NCBI GenBank assembly: GCA_024637275.1
Contig: JAGXFS010000063.1
Coordinates: forward strand, 1 to 57,557
Length of the DNA: 57,557 nucleotides
Source: Acidimicrobiia bacterium
Lineage (GTDB): Bacteria; Actinomycetota; Acidimicrobiia; Spongiisociales; JAENVV01
Direction: 5' to 3'
Positions 1 to 8,019 of the stretch are shown here, piece after piece (the first letter of the stretch is position 1; each line of letters begins with the position of its first letter). A program made the position numbers and the translations under genes. The notes under the pieces are model-generated. The model searched no databases. It was not told the origin of the DNA and saw only the letters and a list, made by a program, of their open reading frames with translations.

Positions 1-417
1 GCATTGGTCGTCATGGAAGCGTCAGAAGCAGAAAAACGTGGCCTGTCGCCGCTTGGCTACTACCGGGGCATGGCCGTGGCCGGCGTCGACCCTGACGAAA
101 TGGGGATCGGGCCGGTGTTTGCGGTCCCAAAGCTCCTCGAACGTAACAACCTGACTATCGACGACATCGGACTCTGGGAACTGAACGAAGCTTTCGCCGT
201 CCAGGCGTTGTATTGCCGCGACCAACTCGGCATCGACAACGAGATATTCAACGTCAACGGCGGCGCCATCTCAATCGGCCACCCGTACGGAATGTCCGGT
301 GCCCGGATGGTCGGCCATGCCCTTCTCGAAGGCAAACGGCGTGGCGTCAAGTACGCGGTCGTAACCATGTGCGTCGGTGGCGGTATGGGCGCTGCGGGAT
401 TGTTTGAAGTCGCCTAA
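1..417 (+). CDS. acetyl-CoA C-acetyltransferase (thiolase), C-terminal fragment; the 5' end lies outside the window
   Basis: Frame 1 is open from base 1. The translation carries the thiolase C-terminal signatures [25 protein letters not shown] and [14 protein letters not shown]. Stop is TAA at 415-417. Confidence 0.88.
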   Translation, partial: ALVVMEASEAEKRGLSPLGYYRGMAVAGVDPDEMGIGPVFAVPKLLERNNLTIDDIGLWELNEAFAVQALYCRDQLGIDNEIFNVNGGAISIGHPYGMSGARMVGHALLEGKRRGVKYAVVTMCVGGGMGAAGLFEVA

Positions 418-432
418 CGGCGCACCAACGGA

Positions 433-855
433 CTACTGGACGCAGAACTCGTTGCCTTCCGGGTCAGCGAGTACCACCCAATACTCACCGCGCTGCTCTA
501 CCGGGCCAATCGTTGAAGCTCCGGCCACGACCAGACGCGCTACTTCGGCGTTGACCATCGCCCGGCGATCATCAATGGGGACGTCATGTCCACCACCGAC
601 GTTGACATCAAGATGGAGTCGGTTCTTGGCCGTTTTACCTTCGGGCACCCGTTGAAAGAAGATGCGAGGGCGGTCTACCACCGCGCTGGCGTCGTTCCAG
701 TTTTCCTCTGGGATTTCCATTGCCGCCGCCCACTCGTCCCAGGATTCGAAACCCTCGGGCGGTGGTTGAACGGTGTAGCCCAGCGCCAGGGCCCAAAAGT
801 CGGCGAGTAAGGCCGGGTCAGTGGCATCGAACACGATTTGGATCGACGTCGCCAT
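433..855 (-). CDS. glyoxalase/VOC-family protein
   Basis: 140-aa ORF. The N-terminus (IVFDATDPALLADFWALALGY) and C-terminus (YWVVLADPEGNEFCV) resemble the paired beta-alpha-beta-beta-beta modules of glyoxalase-like proteins. Confidence 0.65.
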   Translation of the reverse strand: MATSIQIVFDATDPALLADFWALALGYTVQPPPEGFESWDEWAAAMEIPEENWNDASAVVDRPRIFFQRVPEGKTAKNRLHLDVNVGGGHDVPIDDRRAMVNAEVARLVVAGASTIGPVEQRGEYWVVLADPEGNEFCVQ

Positions 856-915
856 GATTTCCTCTCTGGTGGTCAGGCACGTTCCTGCGGCCGGGAACCC
901 TCACCCCGAGGATAG

Positions 916-3402
916 CTACTGAACGGTGAACGATCCCGTGAGGTCGTGGCCGTCCGTCTGCCATTGGCCCCAGGTCAGTTTGCTGCTAGCCCAGCCCCAG
1001 AATTTGCCTCCGGCGTCCGAGTAGACATATTTGTTGTTCTGGAACGGTCGGGGGGTCTGATTGACCACGCTGGCCGGCGCGTTACCCGACGACAGACCGT
1101 TGAGCCCTGATTGCAGGATCTGGTTACCTTCGATGACCGCACCACTCGGAATGTACAACCCGCGCGGGCCATCGAGGCTCCCGGAGTGGGTCACCAAAGC
1201 GATCCCGTCGCGATTGCCCGCGACGGTGTTGCCGGTGACGGTCGCATCCGGACCGAATATCAGGATGCCCGCTCCCAACCAGTCGGTGATAGTCGGTTCT
1301 CTGCCGTTGCCGGTCACCACGTTGTCAGCGATGGTCGACACGTAGGCGTAGTCGTGCACGATCCCGGGACGCAGATTGTCGGTGACCGTGTTGTCGGTCA
1401 CCACAGTCCGCAAGAAAGCACTCGTGAACCAAAGGCCGTACCCGTAGTTGTCATCGAGGGTGCTACCGGTCACAGTGGCGTCCGTCGTCCCGATCAGCTT
1501 GATCCCCGCCGAGTAGGTCGTGAGCTTCCTCTGATTGGCTCGCTCGATCCGGGAGTCCTCGATTCGGAAGCGAGCCGAACCCGTGACCAGGACCGCCTCT
1601 TGCTGCTGGTTCACGAACTGCGATCCCGATACGGTAACGTCGTCACCAGTCGTCTGGAACGCCAACCCGTTGTCGTGGGCTGACACATCGGTCAGTGTCC
1701 ATCCATCCCCGTATACGACGAATGCCCGGCTGTAGTTGTAGATCTCCAAACCGGTGACGCTCACGTTGGGTGCGAAGCCGGAGAAGGCTGAATCTTGCAC
1801 GCCCTGGCCGTCAAGCTTGGCGCCGGTTGCCCCGGTGAATGATTGCCCGGCTTTCGGAACCACGGTCTGCACTTGATGGACTCCCGCTTCGAGGAAGATC
1901 GCCGCTCCGGGTGGCTGGGAGTTCGCGACAGCTTGAATCGACCAGCCGACCGGCACTACGGCGTCATACCCCTTCGGAACGGTCGGGATGAATGGTGGTT
2001 CGGTCTCGGTTGGTGGCGGGGCAGGCAAGTTGAGGGCTCTGGTGAGGAACGTCGCCATCTGGGCGCGGGTTACGGGAGCTGCCGGACAATACCGGTCGTT
2101 GGTCGGAGGGTTGCAACCGAGTGTTACGCCCGACGAGGCCAAACGGTCAATCGCTGACTCAAACTCGGAGGAGTCGTCATCGACAAAGCGATCCAGAACG
2201 GTAGGAGCCGGGAACGGCACGGCCCGGGTGAGGAAGGCAGCCATTTGACCGCGGGTCACGGATCGGGCCGGGCAGAAGCGATCGTTGGTGGGCGGATTAC
2301 ACCCGTAGGTGACTCCCGAAGAAGCCAGCCGATCAATCGAGTCGGCAAAAACGGTGTCATCGTCGTCGACGAACCGATTCACAACGTCCGGCGGCGGCAA
2401 ATCGAGTGCTCTGGTCAGGAATGCCGCCATCGCCCCTCGACTCACCGGGGCCTTCGGGCAGTACTTGTCATTAGCTGGCGGGTTGCACCCATAGGTAATG
2501 CCGGCAAAGGCCAATCGTTCGATGTCCGATCGATGGACACTGTCGCCTGTGTCGGTGAACCGCGGCGCAGCCACGGTCCCACAGCCAATCCGTTCCGGGC
2601 TGAGCACCAGCTCATCGAACTGGAAGTTGAGTGGACCCGGCGCAGAAGCGGTGCCGCCGTAGTAGGTATCGAACCAGAAGCTCTTGACACCCAGGACGGC
2701 GTCGGCCGAGCCCAGGAACCGAAAGTCGTCCTTATAGAAGGCCAGCTGGTCGTCGACCCACCCTTCGAGGATGCCGTTCTTGACACCCGGAGAGTTCATC
2801 GACACGTGGCCCTCGACACAGTGCCAGGTTCCATGGGTCAGCAGGCCGGCCGAGGCGTCCCAGACGAAACTGTCGCCCGTCGAGCCAGCCTGGTCCCGGT
2901 GATATACATAGAACCCGAGGGCCGTGGTATTCGAGCGAACCGGAGTCGTCGATGGCGAGAACTGCATGCGCGCCGACCAGCCGGGGTTCGAATCAGTCGG
3001 TCTCAATCCGTTTCGGCCGCTCGACGTATACAACCCCGCCGGACCGGGAATCTTTCCTTTGCCGTAGTTCTTGAACGAGGTCGGCAAGCGGATGAAGTAG
3101 CGGTAGTAGAGCTCGTCAGGATCGCTGAGCCCTTGATCGCCGAATCGGTAGTGGGCGGCAGTCCCAAAGTGCGAACCGGCTGGTACCGACACGTTGATCG
3201 CTTTGCCGGATACCCCATCTGAAATCTGAGTAATCCGGTTCCTGCCACCGAGAACGGCGTCATACCAATCGGCCGTCCACGACGAGGGTCCCGCTTCGAA
3301 CGGCAAGACCAGGTACTCAGACCCGGCTCCGCGGGCGACGTCGACGGCGAGGATCGGGGCAAGCATGACGAGCATGCTGAGGATCAGAATGAGTTTTCTC
3401 AA
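916..3402 (-). CDS. secreted multidomain protein: polysaccharide-lyase-like N-terminal domain, 3 SLH-like repeats, C-terminal right-handed beta-helix repeats
   Basis: 828-aa ORF with a signal-peptide-like N-terminus (MRKLILILSMLVMLAPILAV). A concanavalin/PL14-like stretch is present (GWSARMQF, GFYVYH, GWVDDQLAF, FWFDTYYGG). Three about 60-aa repeats follow. The C-terminal periodic segments (VTGN, TDN, GI) are typical of pectate-lyase/NosD beta-helices. Confidence 0.75.
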   Translation of the reverse strand: MRKLILILSMLVMLAPILAVDVARGAGSEYLVLPFEAGPSSWTADWYDAVLGGRNRITQISDGVSGKAINVSVPAGSHFGTAAHYRFGDQGLSDPDELYYRYFIRLPTSFKNYGKGKIPGPAGLYTSSGRNGLRPTDSNPGWSARMQFSPSTTPVRSNTTALGFYVYHRDQAGSTGDSFVWDASAGLLTHGTWHCVEGHVSMNSPGVKNGILEGWVDDQLAFYKDDFRFLGSADAVLGVKSFWFDTYYGGTASAPGPLNFQFDELVLSPERIGCGTVAAPRFTDTGDSVHRSDIERLAFAGITYGCNPPANDKYCPKAPVSRGAMAAFLTRALDLPPPDVVNRFVDDDDTVFADSIDRLASSGVTYGCNPPTNDRFCPARSVTRGQMAAFLTRAVPFPAPTVLDRFVDDDSSEFESAIDRLASSGVTLGCNPPTNDRYCPAAPVTRAQMATFLTRALNLPAPPPTETEPPFIPTVPKGYDAVVPVGWSIQAVANSQPPGAAIFLEAGVHQVQTVVPKAGQSFTGATGAKLDGQGVQDSAFSGFAPNVSVTGLEIYNYSRAFVVYGDGWTLTDVSAHDNGLAFQTTGDDVTVSGSQFVNQQQEAVLVTGSARFRIEDSRIERANQRKLTTYSAGIKLIGTTDATVTGSTLDDNYGYGLWFTSAFLRTVVTDNTVTDNLRPGIVHDYAYVSTIADNVVTGNGREPTITDWLGAGILIFGPDATVTGNTVAGNRDGIALVTHSGSLDGPRGLYIPSGAVIEGNQILQSGLNGLSSGNAPASVVNQTPRPFQNNKYVYSDAGGKFWGWASSKLTWGQWQTDGHDLTGSFTVQ
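2023..2559 (-). repeat. three tandem SLH-like repeats with a conserved Cys pair (coding repeat inside 916..3402)
   Basis: Residues 282-460 contain three copies of F-x-D-D-x-x-x-x-F-x-x-x-I-x-R-L-A-x-x-G-[IV]-T-x-G-C-N-P-P-x-N-D-[KR]-[YF]-C-P-x3-V-[ST]-R-[GA]-x-M-A-x-F-L-T-R-A. Confidence 0.75.
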
Positions 3403-3523
3403 CGACAGACTTCCCCGTTTGCAGCGGCCCAGTCAACCATCGGACGAATTGTCCGATACCTTGATCCGCTCTCGGACCGATTCACACCTTAGAAAGCAAG
3501 GCGTCGCTACCGGAGCTCATCCC

Positions 3524-4732
3524 TCAGTCGGCCGGCGGTTCAATCTGTTCCACCCGCATCATCAAGAAGGATCGATCGGATTCGTTCATGTCGCAGTTCA
3601 GAGCTCGTTCGTACGCGGTCCTCGCTTCTTCAACCCGGCCCAGACGGCGCAGAAAGTCCGCTCTAGCCGACCAATAGAGGTGCCAATCATCCAGGCCTTC
3701 GACCGTCTCCAGCAGGTCAAGGCCGGCCTGGGGTCCTGAGACCTCAGCCTCGGCGACTGCCCGATTGACCGTGATAACTGGCGTGTCGACCAACTGCTCA
3801 AGCATCCGGTATAAAAGAACGATTTGCGGCCAGTCCGTCTCTTCGGCTGTCTTGGCGAGGCTGTGCAGCGCCGAAATCGCCGCCTGCACCTGATAGGGCC
3901 CGGCAGTCCGGCGGCGCAACGCTCCATCGACCAATTGAGCTGCCTCGGCGATCTGATCCTGATTCCACTGGCTTCGATCCTGATCGGCCAGGAGCACGAA
4001 GGACCCGTCACCTGCCTGGCGGGCGGATTGTCGCGCCGCCGTCGCCAGGCACAAAGCGAGCAAACCGAGGCACTCCGGTTCATCGGGCATCAGCTGAGCC
4101 AACATCCGGGCCAGTCGAATACCTTCATCCGCAAGATCGACCCGATCATCCCAGGACCCGAACGGGGCGTGATGACCGGTCGTGAAGATGAGGTAGATCA
4201 CGTTGAGGACTGCATCGAGACGGTCGGGCAGTTCGTGGTCCTCCGGAACTCGATACGGAATGTGGGCGGAGGCGATCTTCGATTTCGCTCGGGAAATCCG
4301 TTGACCCAGGGTCGACTCTGAGACGAGAAACGCCCTGGCAATCTCCTTGGTCGTGACGCCGCCGAGCGTCCGGAGAGACAACGCAACTCGCGACTCGGGA
4401 CTGAGGGCTGGATGACAACACGTGAAGAGCAATCGCAGTTGGTCGGTCGGTTCGGCGTCCTGATCACTCGTCAACATGCTCATGGCCTCCGCTTCCTTGG
4501 CGGCACGCTTCGACTCGCGCCGAAGCCGATCTAGGGCCTTTCGCTTCGCAACCGTGGTCAGCCAGGCCGCCGGATTGTCGGGCAGGCGATCGTCGGAGAA
4601 CTTCTCATTGGCCACCAGGAGGGCGTCCTGAAGAGCATCCTCGGCTAGATCAAACCTTCCGGTCATCCGGATGAGGGTGGCCAGAACCTGACCACCCTCA
4701 AGCCGAAGGGTTTCGGAGAGGGACCTGCTCAC
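3524..4732 (-). CDS. ECF-type RNA polymerase sigma factor with a long C-terminal extension (the type usually paired with YciI-family genes)
   Basis: Sigma region 2 (DALQDALLVANEKF) and the region 4 HTH (TTKEIARAFLVSESTLGQRISRAKSKI) are recognisable. I place the start at GTG 4732-4730, which overlaps the upstream TGA as GTGA. The 435-aa ORF in the track is probably over-extended. Confidence 0.8.
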   Translation of the reverse strand: MSRSLSETLRLEGGQVLATLIRMTGRFDLAEDALQDALLVANEKFSDDRLPDNPAAWLTTVAKRKALDRLRRESKRAAKEAEAMSMLTSDQDAEPTDQLRLLFTCCHPALSPESRVALSLRTLGGVTTKEIARAFLVSESTLGQRISRAKSKIASAHIPYRVPEDHELPDRLDAVLNVIYLIFTTGHHAPFGSWDDRVDLADEGIRLARMLAQLMPDEPECLGLLALCLATAARQSARQAGDGSFVLLADQDRSQWNQDQIAEAAQLVDGALRRRTAGPYQVQAAISALHSLAKTAEETDWPQIVLLYRMLEQLVDTPVITVNRAVAEAEVSGPQAGLDLLETVEGLDDWHLYWSARADFLRRLGRVEEARTAYERALNCDMNESDRSFLMMRVEQIEPPAD

Positions 4733-5097
4733 TCCCCGGAGAAGTCCACGACCGGGCGGACTTCTACACGCCCGTGCCAGGCACCGGGAATCTGAGATGC
4801 CCATTTGATGGCGTCGTCGAGATCGGCGCAATCGAGCAGGTAGAACCCCCCAAGGACTTCTTTGGTCTCTGCGAAAGGACCGTCAGTGGTGACCATGTCG
4901 CCACCTTTACCACCATTGACCTTGATCGTCGTGGCGGTATTGGTGTCATGGAGAGCCTCGCCACCTGCCATGACCCCGGCGGCTGTGGCCGCCTCACCAA
5001 ATTCGTTGTACTCGGCCATGACTCGTGCCCAATCTTCGGGCGTTCCCGTTCCCTGCGTCTCAGCTGGTGAATAAATGAGAGCTGCATACTTTGGCAT
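4729..5097 (-). CDS. YciI-family (DGPF domain) protein
   Basis: The sequence MPKYAALIY...GGFYLLDCADLDDAIKWASQIP is typical of YciI-like proteins. AGGAGG lies 6 nt upstream of ATG 5097, and the gene is coupled to the downstream sigma gene. Confidence 0.8.
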   Translation of the reverse strand: MPKYAALIYSPAETQGTGTPEDWARVMAEYNEFGEAATAAGVMAGGEALHDTNTATTIKVNGGKGGDMVTTDGPFAETKEVLGGFYLLDCADLDDAIKWASQIPGAWHGRVEVRPVVDFSGE

Positions 5098-5463
5098 TGC
5101 CATCCTCCTGTTTTGGCGGGTACCTTCGCCCATACAACGAATGACGCCTCACCGTTTCGACACGATGCCTCGACTCTACGCAGCGACCACTCCAACTGCT
5201 CCCCCCGGCCTCATCACCAAACGACCACCCGCCGGATAATTAGCTTGCACCATCGGTCATGGTGGGACCAAACTTCGAGCATCGGCACTTCCCGGTGCCC
5301 TGACGGAAGGAGACCTACATGTTCATGCACACTGCTGTCTCCGGCCTCGCTCCGGCTATTCACTAGCCGTTCGCCCAATCCGGGGCCGGAATCACGCACG
5401 AGGGTCGACCTCGCGCATTCACCTTGCGCCGCGCGCGCAGAACCATCACGAAAGGAGAACACG

Positions 5464-5571
5464 ATGTTTGTTCGTGTTCAGGATCTTCCGGTCTTCCAGC
5501 GGCAGCGACTGGCAGTACGTCAGCCACCGTGGGAACGACCGCGTAAGTACCAGCGCCATCGAAAACGATGA
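5464..5571 (+). CDS. possible small basic protein or leader peptide (35 aa, MFVRVQDLPVFQRQRLAVRQPPWERPRKYQRHRKR)
   Basis: AAAGGAG lies 6 nt upstream of the ATG, and the ORF is followed within 6 nt by a 14-bp GC hairpin. I recognise no family. Confidence 0.3.
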   Translation: MFVRVQDLPVFQRQRLAVRQPPWERPRKYQRHRKR

Positions 5572-5576
5572 CCAAC

Positions 5577-5609
5577 CGATGGGGCCGTCCGACCAGGACG
5601 GCCCCATCG
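5577..5609 (+). terminator. strong stem-loop (14-bp perfect stem, 5-nt loop) followed by TTT
   Basis: CGATGGGGCCGTCC-gacca-GGACGGCCCCATCG-TTT. It sits 18 nt upstream of the PPOX start codon. Confidence 0.5.
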
Positions 5610-5627
5610 TTTAACTAGAGTTCCCGC

Positions 5628-6053
5628 ATGACCTGGGATGAGTTTGTGCAAGGAGCTAGAGCCATCAGTTGGCTCGTGTACGTCGGAACGTCCCAAACGA
5701 ACGGTCGACCCCACGTCGCACCGGTCGCACCCGGGTTCACCGACAATACGATCTGGTTCGCCACCCGGACCGGCAGCCGTAAGTTTCGTAACTTGAGCGA
5801 AAACCCCCTGGCTGCTTTCCATTGGCCAGTTGGAGGGACGGAAGGACCCGGTGAGCTATTCGCTCGCGGCACGGCAAGCCTTTACACGGCGCTCGAAGAC
5901 CGTCAACGCCTGTGGTCCGCTGGCGTCCTGCCCTACGACCCCGCAGGCTTCTTTGGAAGTCCCGAAACACCGGACCTGGCCTTCGTCGAAACATCCGTGG
6001 AACACGCCTCGATTCTCGGACCGGACTTTCAGCGGCGAACATATCGCCCATGA
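5628..6053 (+). CDS. pyridoxamine 5'-phosphate oxidase (PPOX)-family flavoprotein
   Basis: 141-aa ORF. WLVYVGTSQTNGRPHVAPV...IWFATRTGSRKFRNLSENPLAAFHW matches the split-barrel PPOX fold pattern. The stop overlaps the next start as ATGA. Confidence 0.72.
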   Translation: MTWDEFVQGARAISWLVYVGTSQTNGRPHVAPVAPGFTDNTIWFATRTGSRKFRNLSENPLAAFHWPVGGTEGPGELFARGTASLYTALEDRQRLWSAGVLPYDPAGFFGSPETPDLAFVETSVEHASILGPDFQRRTYRP

Positions 6054-7453
6054 CGAGTGGCATGACCCCGGACGAATTTCGCAAACACGGCAAAGAACTT
6101 ATTGACTGGGTAGCCGACTATTACGAGCGAGTGGAGTCTCTGCCAGTGACCCCGGACGTCGAGCCGGGTGCCATTCGCGCCATGCTGCCAGAGTTCGCAC
6201 CTGAGCTTCCGGAACCATTCACCGAGGTCATCGCCGACCTTGACCGGGTTGTGATGCCTGGTATCACGCACTGGCAGTCACCCAACTGGTTTGCCTACTT
6301 CCCCGGCGACTCTTCGTTCCCTGCCATCCTCGGCGAACTCGTGTCTGCCGGGTTGGCCCAGCAAGGCATGCTCTGGTCGACCAGCCCGGCAACGACCGAA
6401 ATCGAATCGCACATGATGGATTGGCTCGTCGATCTGCTTGGCCTGCCGCAAGCCTGGAAGACCTCCGGACCAGGCGGCGGTGTCATCCAGATGAGCGCTT
6501 CGGACTCAACTCACACGGCTCTCGTGGTTGCTCGCCAGCGGGCTCAAGGAACAGCCTCCCTCGACGACATCGTGGCGTACGGATCAGCCCAAGCGCATAG
6601 CTCCATCGAAAAGGGAGCCAGGGTGGCTGGATACCGGCACTATCGCCCCATCGAAGTCGACGAACAATTCGCCTTGCGAACGGACCTACTCGAAGCCGCA
6701 ATAGCCGACGACCGGGCCGCCGGCATGCAACCAGCGTTCGTGTGTTCGGCAGTCGGTACCACGGGGACGACGGCAGTCGACCCGGTGCGAGCCATCGGCG
6801 AGATTGCCCGCCGCGAAGGCTTGTGGCATCACGTCGACGCGGCATACGCCGGGTCCGCCATGATTTGCCCGGAGTTCCGACATCATCAGGACGGACTCGA
6901 GCTTGCCGATTCCTATGTGTTCAACCCCCACAAATGGATGTTCGTGAACTTCGACGCCTCAGCGTTCTATGTCGCTGACCGGCGACCCCTCATCGAAACC
7001 CTCAGCATCTTGCCGCCATATCTCCAGGACGCCGCATCTCAATCAGGATCGGTCATCGACTACCGGGACTGGCACGTTCCTTTGGGACGAAGGTTTCGAG
7101 CTCTAAAGCTCTGGTTCACGCTGCGATCGTTTGGGGCAGAAGGCATCCGTTCGAAGATTCGGGAACATGTCGGAGCCGCCCAAGCGCTCGCCGCCCGACT
7201 CGAGGCTGATGAGCGTTTTGAATTGGTCGCACCGACGCCGTTCGCTCTGGTCAGCTTCCGGCACGTGGCGGGAGATGCCGCAACCGATCGATTGGCCGAT
7301 GCGGTGAACCGATCAGGGCGAGCCTATCTGACCGCTTCGAAGCTGCCCGATAGCTCGTCGTTTATCCGCGTCTCGGTGGGACAAACCAACACAACAGCCC
7401 GTCATGTCGAATCACTGGGCGACCTTATTGAGGAAATGTCAGACCCGGCATGA
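6050..7453 (+). CDS. aromatic-L-amino-acid decarboxylase (group II PLP-dependent decarboxylase)
   Basis: Strong resemblance to animal and plant DDC from the N-terminus (EFRKHGKELIDWVADYY, PGITHWQSPNWFAYFP, MMDWL). The PLP-lysine motif NPHKW is present. The start is placed at ATG 6050 (ATGA overlap). Confidence 0.9.
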   Translation: MTSGMTPDEFRKHGKELIDWVADYYERVESLPVTPDVEPGAIRAMLPEFAPELPEPFTEVIADLDRVVMPGITHWQSPNWFAYFPGDSSFPAILGELVSAGLAQQGMLWSTSPATTEIESHMMDWLVDLLGLPQAWKTSGPGGGVIQMSASDSTHTALVVARQRAQGTASLDDIVAYGSAQAHSSIEKGARVAGYRHYRPIEVDEQFALRTDLLEAAIADDRAAGMQPAFVCSAVGTTGTTAVDPVRAIGEIARREGLWHHVDAAYAGSAMICPEFRHHQDGLELADSYVFNPHKWMFVNFDASAFYVADRRPLIETLSILPPYLQDAASQSGSVIDYRDWHVPLGRRFRALKLWFTLRSFGAEGIRSKIREHVGAAQALAARLEADERFELVAPTPFALVSFRHVAGDAATDRLADAVNRSGRAYLTASKLPDSSSFIRVSVGQTNTTARHVESLGDLIEEMSDPA

Positions 7454-7518
7454 CCGACGTCATGCCGGGTCCATCCGGGTGATGCCCACGCGGGCATCAT
7501 GGGTGATGCCCGGAACCG

Positions 7519-7896
7519 TTAGAAGATCCAAACGGCAACAAACGCCATAGCAATGGCTAGCACTACAACGGCCGCCGTCGCCCACCAGGTCGTGCGTACC
7601 TCCGTCTGTCCGGTGAGCTTCGACCAGCGATTGCTAATCCAGGCAAACCAGGTACCAAAGATTCCGGTGGACAGCGCTGACATCCCGAGCCGCCAACCTT
7701 CACCCAGATCCTGGACTACATACTCGGTTCCGAAGAAATTGATGACGCCGTTCTCGGGAGCGAAGAACAGGTAGACGGCCATGGCCCCGATGAGGGTGGC
7801 AATAACACCGATCGTCCAATCTGTCTTGCGGTGGCCCGACGGGCCGGCAACCTCTTGTGGTCGCCGAACGTCGGGACGGTTCCGAAGCGTGGTCAT
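7519..7896 (-). CDS. hypothetical membrane protein
   Basis: 125-aa ORF with 3-4 hydrophobic helices. No family recognised. Confidence 0.5.
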   Translation of the reverse strand: MTTLRNRPDVRRPQEVAGPSGHRKTDWTIGVIATLIGAMAVYLFFAPENGVINFFGTEYVVQDLGEGWRLGMSALSTGIFGTWFAWISNRWSKLTGQTEVRTTWWATAAVVVLAIAMAFVAVWIF

Positions 7897-8019
7897 GGTC
7901 AGACCTCCCTTGTTCGAACTTCACCTTCAACTGTATGGCTTGATCCCGGTACCGAACAGGGTCCGAAGACCAATCCCGACCTGGGGCCGTCGCTAGGCTC
8001 GGCGATATTGGAGGATGTA

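Noticed and set aside
2245-3222. Long antisense ORFs opposite recognisable genes. Examples are 2245..3222(+), 19400..20245(-), 23471..24445(+), 24584..25621(+), 25760..26905(+), 36427..37395(+), 37984..39075(+), 44488..45552(+), 28207..29013(-), 17129..17932(-) and 56202..56981(+).
   Set aside because: These are typical shadow ORFs of GC-rich DNA. Their translations are Arg/Pro/Gly/His-rich and carry no recognisable motifs. In every case the opposite strand encodes a protein with clear family signatures.
5300-5330. Possible guanidine-II (mini-ykkC) type hairpin around the ACGG at about 5313-5316.
   Set aside because: Only a 3-bp stem can be drawn around the ACGG loop, and there is no second partner hairpin. 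The sequence is better read as the Shine-Dalgarno region of a mini-ORF.
5912-6049. Upstream extensions of several ORFs in the track. Examples are 5912..6049 for the decarboxylase, 4733..4831 for the sigma factor, 15069..15209 for the kinase, 24326..24526 for soxB, 26897..26998 for soxA and 46491..46562 for ssb.
   Set aside because: The extensions overlap the preceding gene, are Arg-rich, and precede the point where family similarity starts. Internal starts that create ATGA, GTGA or TGATG coupling fit better.
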